A DNA stretch of 64,000 nt from the human T2T-CHM13v2.0 reference genome, Homo sapiens. Under the pieces are notes generated by a model. That model had not been told where the DNA came from. It did not search any database and saw only the letters and a list, made by a program, of their open reading frames with translations. The translations under genes were made by a program, and so were the position numbers. The DNA lies in NCBI RefSeq assembly GCF_009914755.1, contig NC_060927.1. One strand, written 5' to 3'. Positions 1 through 17,240 of the stretch are shown here, piece after piece; the stretch's first letter is position 1, and the number at the start of each line of letters is the position of its first letter.

Positions 1-157
1 ATATTTATACCAAAAAGTACTTCTGGAAATCTAAGCTTTTGTTCTAGCATGGACCTCAAAACACTTTCAGCCTCGGTCATCTCCTAGTTACAACGTCACT
101 TCCACATTGTTAATGTATTTTTAATAGCGGCATCCCACTTCTTCAGTGCCAATTTTT
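1..157 (-). mobile_element. MLT1-int (ERVL-MaLR internal region, 5' part) abutting the adjacent LTR
   Basis: Reverse complement reads AAAATTGGCACTGAAGAAGTGGGATGCCGCTATTAAAAATACATTAACAATGTGGAAGTG..., matching the start of MaLR internal sequence directly after the LTR. Confidence 0.6.
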
Positions 158-511
158 TTTGGTCTTCTTGGCCTGCCATAACAAAATGCCACGGACTACA
201 TGGCTTAGCCATCAGAAATTTATTTTCTCATCTCAAAGTTTTGGAGGATGAAAAGTCCAAAATCAAGGTTGCAGCAGGTTTTGGTTTTAGGAAAGGGCTC
301 TTTTCCTGGCTTGAAGACGGCTGCATGGGGAGATAAATCCCTCACCCCTCCTCTTTTTATAAGACAACCAGTTTTATCTGATCAAGGTCTCACCTTTATG
401 ATCTCATTTAATTTTCATCACATCCTAAAGGTCCTTTCTTCACATATAGTAACGTTAAGGGTTAGGAGAGAGGCATGTAAATATTTTGGAAACACAATCC
501 AATCCATAGCA
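158..511 (-). mobile_element. MLT1A/B-type MaLR LTR
   Basis: CTGCCATAACAAAATGCCAC...CAGAAATTTATTTTCTCA...AAGTCCAAAATCAAGGT motifs; ends TCCATAGCA, the reverse complement of the TGCTATGGA LTR start. Confidence 0.8.
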
Positions 512-661
512 ACATCCTTTAGTATTTCTTTAAAGTAGATTTGCTAGTTACAATTTCTTTTGGCTTTTGTTTATCTTGGAATGTCTTGATTACTGCTTCA
601 TTTTTGAAATACTGTCTTCCTGGCTATATGATTCTTGTCTGACAGTGTTGGGTTAGGGTTT

Positions 662-690
662 TTGTTGTTGTTGTTGTTGTTGTTATTGTT
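662..690 (+). repeat. (GTT)n microsatellite
   Basis: Direct inspection. Confidence 0.85.
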
Positions 691-1100
691 GGCAATTTAA
701 ATAGATCACACCAGCTTCATTTGTCCTGCGTAGTTTCAGATGACGGGATAGCTATTAATCCTGTTGGGGTTTCTTTATTCATAATGCATCATTTTCTCTT
801 GCTGTTTTCATGATTTTACCTTTGGCTTTTATATTTTCGATTGTTATGTGTGTTTTTTGTGGGTCACTTTATGTTTAGCCTAACAGGAGCTGATTGAACT
901 TGTTAAATGCCAGCAATACACTTTTTCATAAAATTTGTAAAGTTTTCAGCTTTTAGTTCTCTGCATAAACTTCCTGTTTCTCTATTTCTATATTCTTCTC
1001 TGGAAATCTCATTACATGTATGTTGCTACATTTAATGTAACCTCACATTTTTCCTAGCCTCGGTTTGTGTATTTTCATTCCATTTTCTCTCTTTTCTTTA

Positions 1101-1418
1101 CTTTATGTTTATTATGTTATTATTATTATTATTTGAGACAGAATCTTGCTCTGTTGCCCAGGCTGGAGTGTAGTGCCATGACCTTGGCTCACTGCAACCT
1201 CCTCTGCCTCCTGGGTTAAAGCAATTCTCATAACTCAGCCTCCCGAGTAGCTGGGACTACAGGTGTGCACCACCATGCCCAGGTAATTTTTGTATGTTTT
1301 GTAGAGACAGGGTTTCACTTTGTTGGCCATGGTAGTCTCGAACTCCTGGCCTCAAGTGATCTGCCCATCTAAGCCTCCCAAAGTGCTGGGATTACATGCA
1401 TGAGTCACCCCACCAGGC
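1101..1418 (-). mobile_element. Alu (AluJb/old AluS-like)
   Basis: Full dimer in antisense with a (TAT)n-derived tail; CTCCTGGCCTCAAGTGATC; flanked by CTTTTCTTTA at 1091-1100 and 1425-1434. Confidence 0.92.
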
Positions 1419-2058
1419 TCCTTTCTTTTCTTTAGATTGTAAAATATGTACTTATCTATTCACAAGTTCACTATTTTTTTCCTAGAGCTTGAATCTACTG
1501 TTGAATCTCTGGTGATTTTCATTTTGGTTATTGTACATTTCTATTTCAGACTTCCATTTGGTTTATTTTTATAGTTTTTTTATATGCATTGATATTGTGT
1601 ATTTGATGAGACATTGCCATCATATCTCTATTTTTTAGATAAGGCCTCTTTTCCTTTTTTTTTTTTTTTCTATATTCAACATCTCAACTCCTTGAAAGCC
1701 AGTTCCTATTGACTGATCTTCTCTGCCCCGTCTAGTATATGTGGTCATATTTCCATTTCCTTCCATGTCTCCTAAGGTTTTTGCAGAAAACGGGACTATA
1801 TTATTTAAAATAATATATTGTAGCAACTCTGAATAGTTACACGCTACCCATCACCACTACCACCATGGCTGGTTGTTGTTATCTTCATTATTTATTTTTT
1901 TAGTGACTTACCTGAACTAATTGTGTGAGGTTTATTCTTTTTGCACTGTGCAGCCTCTGATGTTGCTACTAAGATTTGTTTTGTTTTGTTTTCAACTTTT
2001 TCTCTGGCTACCTAGGTTTCTTACCTGGGTTAACATAAGCCACTTACTGGTAAAAGGT

Positions 2059-2421
2059 TGTCTTAGTGTGTTTGGGATGCTATTACAAAATACCATAAAC
2101 GGTGTGGCTTATAAAAGCATAAATTTATTTTCACAGCTCTAAAGGCTGGAAAGTTGAAGAACAAGGTGCTATCAGATGCAGTGTCCAGTAAAATCCCAGT
2201 TCTTAATTGATAGAGCAGCATCTTCTCACTGTGTCCATACATGGTGAAAGGGGTGAACAAGCTCCCTTCAGCTTGTTTTATAAGAGCACTAATCTCATTC
2301 ATGAGAGTTCTTCCCTCAGGACATAATCAACTCCCAAAAGGCCTCACCCCTAGCACCAACACCTTGAAGATTAAGATTTTAACATGAATTTTGGGAGAAT
2401 GCAAACATTTGGATTACAACA
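2059..2421 (-). mobile_element. MLT1A-type MaLR solo LTR
   Basis: TGTCTTAGT...GCTATTACAAAATACCATA...CACTAATCTCATTCATGAG...CATGAATTTTGGG...ACA; ~360 bp with TG...CA termini. Confidence 0.85.
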
Positions 2422-4198
2422 GTGGCTGGGCTTAAGATTCTTTGCTCACGTAAATTTACTCTTTGCTATTTAATTTTGTATCACTTGAAATTTGCTGTCA
2501 TAGTTCAAGGAATTTATGTTTTTGCTTCACAATAAGTTAGATTTTTCCTCCTTCATCACTCCTGATAGGGCACAGACTTAAGCATGCACACAGTTTTCTA
2601 GACTTTTAAAAGGAAATGCAATTTTATGTTTAACCTTGGATTCCTAGATGTTACCTTTGGGTCAGAGTAGCTTATTGTTCAGCCACTGTTTAATCGTGTA
2701 TATATTCTTATGCTCTTCTTGCCATTGAGCATCCTGCCTCCTGTTGATGTCTCTATTTGTAACACGAGGAATATATTAAGTCTGTCCTGCTCTGATCGCT
2801 TCTGAAGGAATATAGTCTTGTGCATGAAAAACGTCCCTAACTTCCAGGATTGGGTTAGGGCATTTAGGAGGGCTCCAGGAAGGCTTTTCTTATCTATTTC
2901 TTTCCCTGGTTCTTTCTGTTACATTTCTGACTGCTCTATTACTTTTGCTTATTTCTACGAATATCATGGAGTTATTTTGACAATACTCTACAGCACACAT
3001 TTCTGCATGTTCTTTTCCAAATAAAGACAGTCTTCTAGGGCATAACTGTGGAGCTTTCTGCTACGCCTATTCTGGGCAAAAATTCTGCCCCAGTGCATAA
3101 GAGCTGGGGGCAGGAATAGTTCTACAAGTTGGCACTGAGGAGTGTGGTATCCATTTTATTCTCAAACACAGCTTAAGAAAACTGCAGATCTAGGAAGATT
3201 TATAGCAATATAAAGTAATGATCCAGACTCCTCCCTGGGTCCTAAATATAACATTGCAATTATAATATTTTATTCCTTTTCATATATATAAATGAATCTT
3301 CAGAGTGGCTATAATAAGTAATCTCCATTCTTCTCAAAACTTCTTGCATATCTTCTTCCTCTTAAAGATGACTTTGTCTTCAACTTCTGAGAACAAAATG
3401 AAGACATTTAATAAAAACATTTTAGCATCTGTTACTCAAACAAAAATCTGTCTTGCACCTGCTCATGCTTTTAATTTTGTTACTTTCTCAAGTACAGTGG
3501 TGCTTTGGGCAGTCCCTTCTTTAGAATTCTCAACTTCAATTCTCTATCAACTCTTCCTCATTTAAGTAATTACAAGTTTCCTACATATTAAAGCAGTGTG
3601 AACCTGATCTAAAAAAGTGTCACCAACAAAAGAAAAGACAAAATATATACGGACTTCATGTTCCTTTGTTGTTATTGGCAATGTCTTCATTCCATTATTG
3701 CTATTCATTGCTCAACATATTTTGTTCTGACCTTTGCTTCCATGACTGAGAAATGATTTGTAATGTACTCTCTGCTACTTAATTAGAGAGACTAGTTTCA
3801 CTAAAAACATTGTTTTGGCTTATTAACATGATTCTACATTATCCACAGAGACTTTCTTAGCGAAATAATCTCTCCTTTCAGCTGTTCTTAGCAAAATTGA
3901 CTTTTAGTTAATTCAGTCACAAACTTCAGGTTTACATTTTCATTGATGAGATTAATATTTACATGTCATGACCCATAATAAACTTAAATTCAATTTGTGC
4001 AAACTTAAAAAACTCTTTTGGGTTACTTTTGATGGCCCTTATCTCTACAAATGATTACATGAAAAAAATTGCAGGAGCATATATTTTTTAATTTTTTAAT
4101 TGAGGTATAATATTTATATATAATTTATCATCTTTGCCATTTTAAATGTACAGTTTGGTGGTCATAAATCAATTTCTATTCTTTCTTTTTCTTTCATC

Positions 4199-4228
4199 CC
4201 TCCTCTCCTCTCCTCTCCTCTCCTCTCC
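4199..4228 (+). repeat. (CCTCT)n microsatellite inside the L1 3' UTR
   Basis: Direct inspection. Confidence 0.8.
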
Positions 4229-5325
4229 TATTCCTGGGCTCTGGTAGGCAACAATCTTCTCTACCTTCATGAGATCCACTTTTTTAGCTGCCACATACAA
4301 ATGAGGAAATGCAATATCTGTCTTTCTGTGCTTGGCTTATTTCACTTAACATAACAGCCTCCAGTTCCATCCATGTTGCTGCAAATGAAAGATTTTTATT
4401 CATTTTTATGGCTGAAAAATATTCCATTGTGTATGTACGCCCCTTTTTCCTTATCCATTCATCTGTTGATGGCCACTTAGGGTGATTTTATATCTTGGCT
4501 ATTATGAATATTACTAATACTGCAATGAACATGGGAGTGAAGATAAATCTTTGATATATTGATTTTCTTTCCATTTTATATATACTCAGTAGTGGAATTG
4601 CTGGGTCACATAGAAGTTCTATTTTTAATTTTTGATGAACCTCTGTACTGTTCTCCATAGTGGCTATACTTATTTACATTCCCACCAGCAGTGTGTAAGA
4701 GTTCTTCTTTCTAGACATTCTCAACCAGAATCTGTTATTTTGATACAAGACATCTTAAATGAGGAGAGACAATATCTCATTGTAGTTTTGATTTTCATTT
4801 TTCTGATGATTAGTGATATTGAGCATTTTTTTCATATACTTGTTGGCTATTTGTGTGTTTTTTCAGAGATATCTGTTCAGATATTTTGCCTATTTTTAAA
4901 TTATATTATTATTATTATTTTTTGCTATTTAATTGTTCAGTTTCTTATATATTTTGGTTATTGATGTTTTATCAGACAAACAGGTTGCAAGAATTTCTCT
5001 CATTCTGTAGGTTGTCTCTTCACTTTATCTATTACTCCCTTGCAATGCAGAAGCTTGTTAGCTTGATGTAATCTCAGTTGTCTATTTTTGCTCTGATTGC
5101 CTGTGATTTTGAGGTCTTCTACAAAAAGTTCTTGGCCAGACCAATCTCCTGAGGCATTTCTTCAGTCTTTTTTTTTTCTGGTAGTTTCATAGTTTAAGGT
5201 CTTAAATTCAAGTCTTTAGCCTATTTTGACTTGTTTTTTTTTGTGTATGTTGGGAAAGAGGGGTCTAGTTTTATTCTTCTGCATACAGTTATCCTGTTTT
5301 CCCAGTACCATTTATTTTTTTCCCA

Positions 5326-5680
5326 TGATATGGTTTGGCTCTGTGTCCCCACCAAAATCTCACCTTAAATTGTAACAATCTTTATATGTCAAGGGCAGGG
5401 ACAAGTGGAGATAACTGAATCATGGGGGTGGTTTCTCCTATACTGTTCTCATGACAGTGAATAAGTCTCATGAAATCTGATGGTTTCATAAATGGGAGTT
5501 CTGCACAAGCTCTCTTGCTCACCTCCATGTAAGATGTGACTTTGCTCCTCATTCACCTTCCACCATGATTGTGAGGCCTTCCCAGCCACGTGGAACTGTG
5601 AGTCAATTAAACATCTTTCCTTTATAAATTACTCAGTCTCTGTTATCTCCTTATTAGCAACATGAGAACAGAGTAGTACA
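5326..5680 (+). mobile_element. THE1 (B/C-like) solo LTR nested in L1
   Basis: TGATATGGTTTGGCTCTGTGTCCCCACC...CCATGATTGTGAGGCC...TACA; 5-bp TSD TCCCA/CCCCA. Confidence 0.92.
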
Positions 5681-6586
5681 CCCCATTGTAAGTTCTTGGC
5701 ACCTTTGTTGAAGAGCAGTTGGTTGTAAATGCATGGATTTATATGTGGGTTCTCTATTTTGTTCCATTGGTCTTTGTGTCTGTTTTTATGCAAGTACAAT
5801 GCTGTTTTGGTCACTACAACTTTGTAATAAAGTTTGATGTGAGGTTGTATGATGCTTCAGCTTTGTTCTTTTTGCTCAAGATGGCTTTAGCTGTTCAGGA
5901 TTTTTGGTGATTTGATATAAATTTTGATAAAAATTTTGGATTTTTTCTACTTCTATGAAGAATGTCAAGGATGTTCACTTTCATTGCTGTTATTCAATAT
6001 AATACTGGAAGTACTGGCCAGATCAATTCGGCAATTAAATAAATAAAGGCCATCCAAATTGGAAACAAAGAAGTCAAATTAGCCTTCTTCGCAGATGTCA
6101 TAATCTTATAACTAAAAATACCTAAAAACCACCAAAAACTCTTAGAACTGATAAACAAATTCAGTAAAGTTGTAGCATACAAAGTCAACATACAAAAATC
6201 AGCAGCATTTATATATGCCAACAGGAAACAATATAAAAGAATTAAGAAAGTAATCCCCTTTATAATAGCTACAAAAAATATAAAATGCCTAGGATCAATC
6301 TAACTAAAAAAAATCTATAAAGGAAAATGATAAAATTCTCATGAAATAAATAGAAGGGGACACAAAAAGTGGAAATATATTTTATGTTCATGGATTGGAA
6401 GGTTAATATTGTTAAAATGACCATACACCCAAAGCAATTTATAGATTCTGTGCAATTCCTATCAAAATACAGGGACCACCTATTTTTAATTGTGGAAAAT
6501 TAGGAGCATATATCTAACTCTTTCTAATCTCTTTTTCTGCACCCCATTCAATTAATACTCAATTCTATTCTATGTAGTTCATAAAT

Positions 6587-7091
6587 TGTATTAGGGTTTA
6601 CCAGAGAAACAGAACCAATGTATATTTATTATTCATACTTATTACAGGAATTTTTCTGACAAGATTATCAAGGCTGAGAAATCTCACTATCTGCTGTCTG
6701 CAAGCTGGAGAATCAGGAAGTTTGGTTGAGTTATTCCGTCTCAGTCTGAAGGGCTGGGAATCAATAGGGGGAGTCCTCTGGTGTAAATCCCAGAATTTGG
6801 AGGTCTGAGAACCAGGAGTCCAATGTCCAAGGGCATGTGAAGATGGATGTCTCATCTCCAGAAGAGAGACAGCAAATTTGATCTTCTGCTTTTTTGCTCT
6901 ATTTCAGCTCTTAATGGATTGGATGATATCTACCCCCATTGGTGAGGAGGGATCTTCTTTACTTAGTCCACTGATTCAAATGCTAGTCTCTTCTGAAAAT
7001 ATCCTCATAAACACACCTATAGGTAATGTATTAACAGCCATCTGGGCATTTCTTAGTCCAGTCAACTTGATACATATAATTAACCATCACA
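6587..7091 (-). mobile_element. MLT2 (ERVL) solo LTR
   Basis: TGTATTAGGGTTTACCAGAGAAACAGAACCAAT...AATTAACCATCACA termini; 5-bp TSD TAAAT/TACAT. Confidence 0.88.
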
Positions 7092-7291
7092 TACATATCA
7101 ATCACATTTATCACTTCATCTCCTTTCATAATGGCACCTACTTAGTTAAAGTCACGATGATTCCTTACTTAGAAAAATACAAAGCCATCTAACATACTAA
7201 TTGTCACCTAAATGGATTTTCTGTTTAAATTGTTGTCCTACACCCATACCTGCTCAGTCCATTCTGAACACTTTATTAAAAATGAACTTTT

Positions 7292-7526
7292 TCTTTAAAT
7301 TTTATTTTTATTAATTTGTTTACTGTTCTGGGGTTTGTTACATAGGTAACCATGTGCCATGGTGATTTGCTGCACCTATCAACCCATCACCTAGGTAATA
7401 AGTCCAGCATGCATTAGCTCTTTCCTTAATGCTCTCCCTATACCCTCCCTCTTCTGATGGGCCCCAGTGTGTATTGTTCCCCTCCCTGTGTCCGTGTGTT
7501 TTCATTGTTCATCTCCCACTTATAAA
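7292..7526 (-). mobile_element. Short 5'-truncated L1PA 3' end
   Basis: L1PA 3'UTR motifs (GTGCCATGGTGATTTGCTGCACCTATCAACCCATCACCTAGGTA); perfect 15-bp TSD TAAAAATGAACTTTT at 7277-7291 and 7527-7541. Confidence 0.88.
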
Positions 7527-7789
7527 TAAAAATGAACTTTTAAAGAATTATTCTTTGTGTCATTTCTCCTGCTTTACCCTAAGGATAAATCCTTTAATAC
7601 CTTTTATACAATTAAACATCCATCATGCTTAAGGTAGAAAGAGGGTCACCATTGAAAACTCTATTCTGATTATTATGCTATAAGAGCAAGAAATATTTTT
7701 ATTTTTCTTATTGAAGCCAAATAAAGCTAAAGAAATGTGAATCTATAATGGCAGATTCTTGTATATTTTTAAATTGAGCTTATTTTCAT

Positions 7790-11120
<3,331 letters not shown>

Positions 11121-11194
11121 TGTATGTATGTTTTAATCCATAAAATATTGTGTCTACTTCAGATAGGGGTACGCTCTTAAGACTATACTCTTTT

Positions 11195-11482
11195 GGGATT
11201 GTGGAGATGTTGGTTAAAGGACAAAAAAATTCAGTTAGACAGAAGAAATAAGTTCAATAAATTTGTTGTTTGTCAAAGTAACCACAGGTATTGGCAACAT
11301 ATTAGATATTTTAAAATTGCTAAAAGTGTAGCTGTGAAGTGTTATCATAACAAAAAGTAAATATGTGAAGTAATACATTTGTGAAATATCTTGATTTAGC
11401 CATTCTGTAATACATATGTATATCAAAACGTCACTTCGTACACCATAAAAATATACAATTTTTACTTGTCAGTTAAAAAAAA
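11195..11482 (+). mobile_element. L1MA (MA8/9-like) 3' end fragment
   Basis: GGAGATGTTGGTTAAAGG...AAAATTGCTAAAAG...TTGATTTAGCCATTC...TATACAATTTTTACTTGTCAGTTAAAAAAA. Confidence 0.8.
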
Positions 11483-14400
11483 CTACTACGTTCTTTTCTC
11501 TTTGAGGAAAAGGTGACAGGCAGAGCATATAAAACTATAAAAAGATCAAAATTCTCTAAATAGTAAATTTCGATTTGTTTAAAACATGTAATAGTGTATT
11601 TGATATTTTATATCCTCCACAATAGATTTTCCAGAAAAACAAGATTTCCTAGGATCATCAGCACCTTTCCTTTTGACACATGATGGTTCTTGAAATTTTT
11701 TTTTCATTTTTTTTCTCCTATTATTCACATCTTTTCTTTCATTTTTTCTCTCAGGTATTTATGTGCTCTCTGTAACATATTTATATGAGCACTAACCTAA
11801 GAAATAATTTTAAAGACAATTTATAGTTACAACCTTCTGAGAAAATGGAATTTATACATACTTCATATTTGCACATATACATCGTAGTATAAAAATGCTA
11901 AGATAAAAGTGTGCAGTAAAAATTGCCACTCTCCAATTTTGCTTATCTTGGATGTGATTAAAATGCTGTTTTTGCCTTAATTAAAGAAGAACTTGAAAAC
12001 TAACAGGACTTTTCCACATATTTCATTTGTAACAATTTGTTGGGTTGAGAACTCACATTAAAAGAGCTTCTTCAAAACTGGTGTTCAATCTAGGTTATTT
12101 ATGTTATTTTATGGAGCAGTTTAGTAGAAACTATATTTGGTAAAGAAATAGAGGTCTAATTTTCGATGGAGATTTAAAAAATATTTTGAGATTTTTTTCT
12201 CCTTAATTTTGAATATCTACAATTAATTCTTATTAGCATAAGAATTATTTAATTTCTTAATTTTAGAACTATGCCATAATAATATGTCATTGTAAAAACA
12301 TTAATATTCACAAGACTAAGTTTTTATTATTGCAGAGTTGCCCAAACCATTAAATATACCCCAGTGCTATTCCTATAACAGTGGGATTATTTTTTTCATT
12401 TGACTGAATGGGAAGTTTTGCTGATACTAAAGAAGCAAACTGCTTTTAAACTTTGCTAATAATAAAGAGACAAAATGCTTTTAAGTTAAAAAATTTTTAT
12501 GTTTGCTTGCAGCTGTGTAAAATCATATCTACTAACACATTAGAATAATAATAATTTTATAATTATGGTTGACTCAATAACACAGAGCATCATTTGTAGA
12601 AGATAATATCTCATAAGATTTCAGGAAAATTAATAGAAATGAAAAAAATTGGAAGTTGAATATTCATGTAATTGCAATTCAAATATGTAGTCAATGTTTA
12701 GTTATGAAGAATAATTCTTAGAAGATCCCAGGTTGCCATGTTCATCGTAGTAAAGCTTTTTATTATATATGTGTCATTTATTCTTAGCTCACAGCCTAGA
12801 TGATAGACATTTAAGAAAAGTGCATAATCTAGATGTTAAATGTGGATTAGATTTTTGCATTTGGTATAACACAGTCTGCTGGGCTAATGCTGATGATTTA
12901 ACAGGGGCAATTATTCTTTATTGAAAAGTACTACATCATAATATGTACTGTTCTCGTTAGAACCAGTTACATGATTATAATTAAGAACTAAATAGTATGC
13001 TGTTGTGTATTCCATCTTTTACCATGAGAAGCTCTAAAAGAAGAATGGCAGTCGCAGATGAAAACCATGTCCCTTATGTTTCTGAAGGAACTAATAGCAC
13101 CCTTTGGAGTTGCTAATTGGCAAAAATCTTCAACCACCAGCTTTTGAGGTACGGTTACCATGGAAAACTTGCTTTGAAGTTGGCACTTGTGAATATTTGA
13201 CTTAATTTTCTTTCCAAGTTTAGGGACTGGATGAAAAACATTATCATTCTTCCACAGACAAGCCATTCTTGAAAAGTCCAATAAATGATTGCCATCACAG
13301 TAGTTATAGACATTCATTTAGGGGATGAGTGAGCTAATTCCCAAAAATATTTTCCTAATGGCGCATAGTTATTTTCAATCTCTATTTTTTTGTTTTTGCT
13401 TTTGTTTTTATTTTTATAGATACATAACAGTATGTATGGTCCATAAAATGCTACTATTTTAATGTCATTTTCTACTACTGTGTGAAGATCAATGATAAAT
13501 TAAATCAAATTTCCCCAACATAGAAATATTAAATATATAAGTTGAAAACACAGTCTTTAATTGCTTGTGGTCTTGTGAAAGGAGAGCATTTCACAAAGTA
13601 TGTGACTATTTCCTAAGATTTATTGATCTTGTTCTTTCTCAGGTTATCATAAACCAAACAATGGGATTTATGAACAAATGTTAAGTTTTAAAACAGTATA
13701 TTTATAAAGAGAAGATAGTTTAGATTTATATTTCAGTAACAAAATAAGTGTTAGACTCTTTAAATTTGCACTTGTAGGATTCTTATATGAAATATGTGAA
13801 GCAGATGTTCAAATCAAATAGACCCATAGCATACATTTGAATATGTGGATAAAAAGAGACATGTGTTTAAAAAAGGAATGTAACAAAACAGCAAGTAAAG
13901 AAAAATGTCAGAGTGAAACATGCCGTAATATAGTAAAACCAACTTAGAACACAGTAAGGCAGTTCACTGGAACACACTTTTAAGTGTTGTTTCCCCCTTT
14001 CCCAGGCAAGTAGCACTTCCATGCAATTTCTTGATAATAAGCAAAGTAATATTTTGAAATTTATACAAAAGGTATGTAAGTTTATCAGACTAAGATAATA
14101 GATAAATTTGAAAATAGTTTATTAAACAGAAGACAATATTTGTACAAAGAAAACAATTATACATAGGTGTACAAATGTTTATGATTTTGTGATACTTTGT
14201 AGTCCTGGATTAAAACATAGATTGACTGATATTGATCAATTTCCTGTGGGATCTGAATCAACCTTATAAATAGAGCAATCATTGCTTAGTAAAGTCCCTT
14301 GCATTTTTTCTTGTTTCAGTTTCTTTAAAATAGACCAGAACTGTTGTATGTGAAAAAATGCAATCTGACGTTTATTTATGTTGTAAATTTTTTAAAAAGC

Positions 14401-15094
14401 AAAAATAATATGATCTCCATTGTTTTGCTAATTTTTTACTTTTTTATGTTTAATAAATCAGGTTTAGTTTTTCAAAAATAACGTATTTATTAATGCTGGC
14501 ATGTATTACCTTTTAGAGATATTATTTTAAATAATTGATTAAAAATAAACTTAATTATTTTGCATTAGACTTTCTGATCTGTAAAATTCTTCTATTAATT
14601 TTTTGAAGCTATATCACAAATAAGTAGAAAAGGTAAATTAAGAACATTGATGAAAAGATTAGACAAGTGTTTCCCTAATTAAACATCAAAACAACAAAAA
14701 AGTAATATAAGACATTATGCATTACTCATCTAAAGCTTTTGAGAAATAATTATCCTGAATAAAAGTAATAATGGTCACAAGATTGTAAACTTTTTCAGAA
14801 TAGAGACTATTACTCATATTTTATCCTCCAATGTTCCTTCCTAGTAAGTTTTCAGTAAATTTTTTTTTAATTACAGCTTCTTAAACAACAGTATTAAAAG
14901 CAGTAATTTAGAGGTTGTTAAAAAAACTAGAATATTTTTAGAGTATTTCAAAGTCATATGTTTATGAGGGTATTATTGAGAAATTGGTTTCTGTTTCAAT
15001 GACTTTCATAAAATAAGTGGGATTAAATCTTGGTGTCATGGTTTTCTAAAAGTAATAAATTAGGCAACTGTTTATGCTGCAACATGTTTAGGGT

Positions 15095-15230
15095 TAGTTT
15101 TACCATCTATAATTTGAAGAAATAAATCATACTTAAAACAATGGATTGTTCTTAGGATTAAATGAGTTAATGGGTGCTAAGAGCTTCCAGTAAGGTTGGC
15201 ATGTAATTGGCATTTAGTAATTGTTTGTTT
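15095..15230 (+). mobile_element. MIR fragment
   Basis: GGATTAAATGAGTTAAT core and downstream MIR 3' similarity. Confidence 0.55.
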
Positions 15231-15922
15231 TTCTTTGTGTATATATAGACTGTGAATAGTACATATTATGAGTTAGGGTGCATAGACATATACTTTTAGT
15301 TCTTACTAACGATATAAACTTTAATTATGATAATTCATCACAATATTTCAAAACCTTTTACCTTTCACCTTTCATCTTTTAAGTTGCTCACAAAAATCCA
15401 GAGATAAACATGAACGATAAAATCTTTCTTTTTTTACAGATTAATTTATCAATAGTTAAAGTAGTTAAGCAAAATAACCAACTATACACATCCTAAGAAA
15501 TAATAAAGTTTGAAAAATCTAGATTTCTAAGTTCTATTGTTTTTTATTCCATGATTGCAATGGTGAATATTAATAACAGATTGTGCATATCTGGCAATCA
15601 ATACAAATTGTCACATAAAACCTGGGGTATAATAGGTGCTATTTAATGTTCTCTTTGTCTGAAAATTATAACATAATTTATATTAAAAATTTTGTTCAAT
15701 AATAAAAGCTCTAACCTACTGAAAGTAGATTTTATATATATATATATGTTCTTTTAAACTAATCTTCTACATCCATTTCACCATAAATTTATCAAAGTTC
15801 TAAAACTATTCAAGAAAATCATACTTCTTATTTTGTTAAAACATTGTCTACCAAATGAATTAATTAATAGTTCCTTCACTTGTCAAACATTTTGAAATCT
15901 GGCTTTCAAAACCTAAATTATG

Positions 15923-16230
15923 GGCCAGGTATGGGGGCTCACACCTGTAATCCCAGCACTTTGGGAGGCCAAGACAGGTGGAACACTTGAGGCCAGGAGT
16001 TTGAGACAAGGCTGGCCACCATGGTGAAATCCCATCTCTACTAAAAATACAAAAAATTAGCTGGGTGTGGTGGTGCATGCCTGTAGTCCTGGCTACTGGG
16101 GAGGCTGAGGTATGAGAATCACTGGAAGCCAGGATATGCAGGTTTCTGTGAGCCAAGATTAGGCTACTGCACTCCAGCCTGGATGACAGAATGAGACTCC
16201 ATCTCAAAATATACCAATAACAACAACAAT
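15923..16230 (+). mobile_element. Alu (AluJb/Sz-like)
   Basis: Full dimer; perfect 14-bp TSD AAACCTAAATTATG at 15909-15922 and 16231-16244. Confidence 0.94.
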
Positions 16231-16987
16231 AAACCTAAATTATGTAACATTGTTTCTGTAGTTGTCACTTCAAAATTGCATATCATAAAAATTGTGTCAA
16301 TATCAAAATGATACTGACTGATGTCTTTTCAATGAATTTATAATTTTAACATTTATGGGAATAGTATATAATAAATTTATCTGTATGATTTCTGAAGACA
16401 AAGCATACAATTTAAATTATTATTATTTTGGGGTATGTATGATTTTTTTACTTTTACCTTTTACCAAATATGACACTAATTTTCTTTCAAAGCTCCAAAC
16501 ATAAGGCAGAGATGGTTCCATGCCCATATGCGTAGATGTACCTCACTGCATGTTAGTGATGGTATTCCATTATATAAAGACATTATTGAATTTTTAGTAC
16601 TTTCTTACACATACACACCAATTCGATTTTACAGTGTTTGTGTGATGTACCCAGTTATAAGACATGACCATTAATTACCTTATTCTTGCTACAACCTGGG
16701 TTTGAGTAACCTGCCCGGTCCCACTTGTATTCTGCCTGGCAATCCTCTATCTATTTTGCTGAGCACTGTGACATGCAAACTGGACTGTCAGGGAGACAGA
16801 TATTAAGTGATAAACTTGGAGAGAATGTTGCCCTTCCCTTCATATAAATATCATCTTGTGCTGTAGTTTCCTGACAATGAACCTTTCTCTTACTGCAATC
16901 TAGGCGTGTGTCCATCATATTACACTCAGAAAGTTTGGCCCACCCCATACATAAATACTATGGCCTTATCTGTGAACCATGGTAGTA

Positions 16988-17016
16988 ATTTATTTATTTA
17001 TTTATTTATTTATTTG
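16988..17016 (+). repeat. (ATTT)n microsatellite
   Basis: Direct inspection. Confidence 0.85.
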
Positions 17017-17240
17017 CTTTTAAATAATAGGACAACCGCTTATTCCCATGCCAATTGACTTCTTTAGCCTCATTTCCAAAGGGTAGGCATAGCAATGTCT
17101 GAAGCCTCAGAGATACAATGTGGTTTCCCTTTGTTGAGAGTCCCCAGTTTCCATACAGTTATACTAATGGTGTGTTCATGACACAGATTTACTAAGTATG
17201 TCCAGGTTTGTTTAAATTCCACCAACATCAAAATGAGCTT

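Larger units (their letters stand above)
512..3130 (-). mobile_element. Old L1M 5'/ORF1-region fragment, interrupted by an Alu and an MLT1 LTR
   Basis: T-rich antisense L1 ORF1-like motifs (TTTGTTTATCTTGGAATGTCTTGATT, CTTCATTTTTGAAA, CTGGCTATATGATTCTTG, TTCTCTTGCTGTTTTCA). The right boundary is approximate. Confidence 0.55.
4085..6470 (-). mobile_element. L1 (L1MA/L1PB age) with 5' inversion: 3' part on - (4085-5966), inverted ORF2 part on + (5966-6470)
   Basis: ORF2 remnants (e.g. [21 protein letters not shown] at 5629-5814); strand switch near 5966; candidate TSD AGGAGCATATAT at 4073-4084 and 6502-6513. Confidence 0.85.

Noticed and set aside
12988-13317. 109-aa ORF in unique DNA and an X-box-like GTTACCATGGAAAAC near 13154
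   Set aside because: No recognisable homology or splice context; the motif's second half-site deviates from the RFX consensus.
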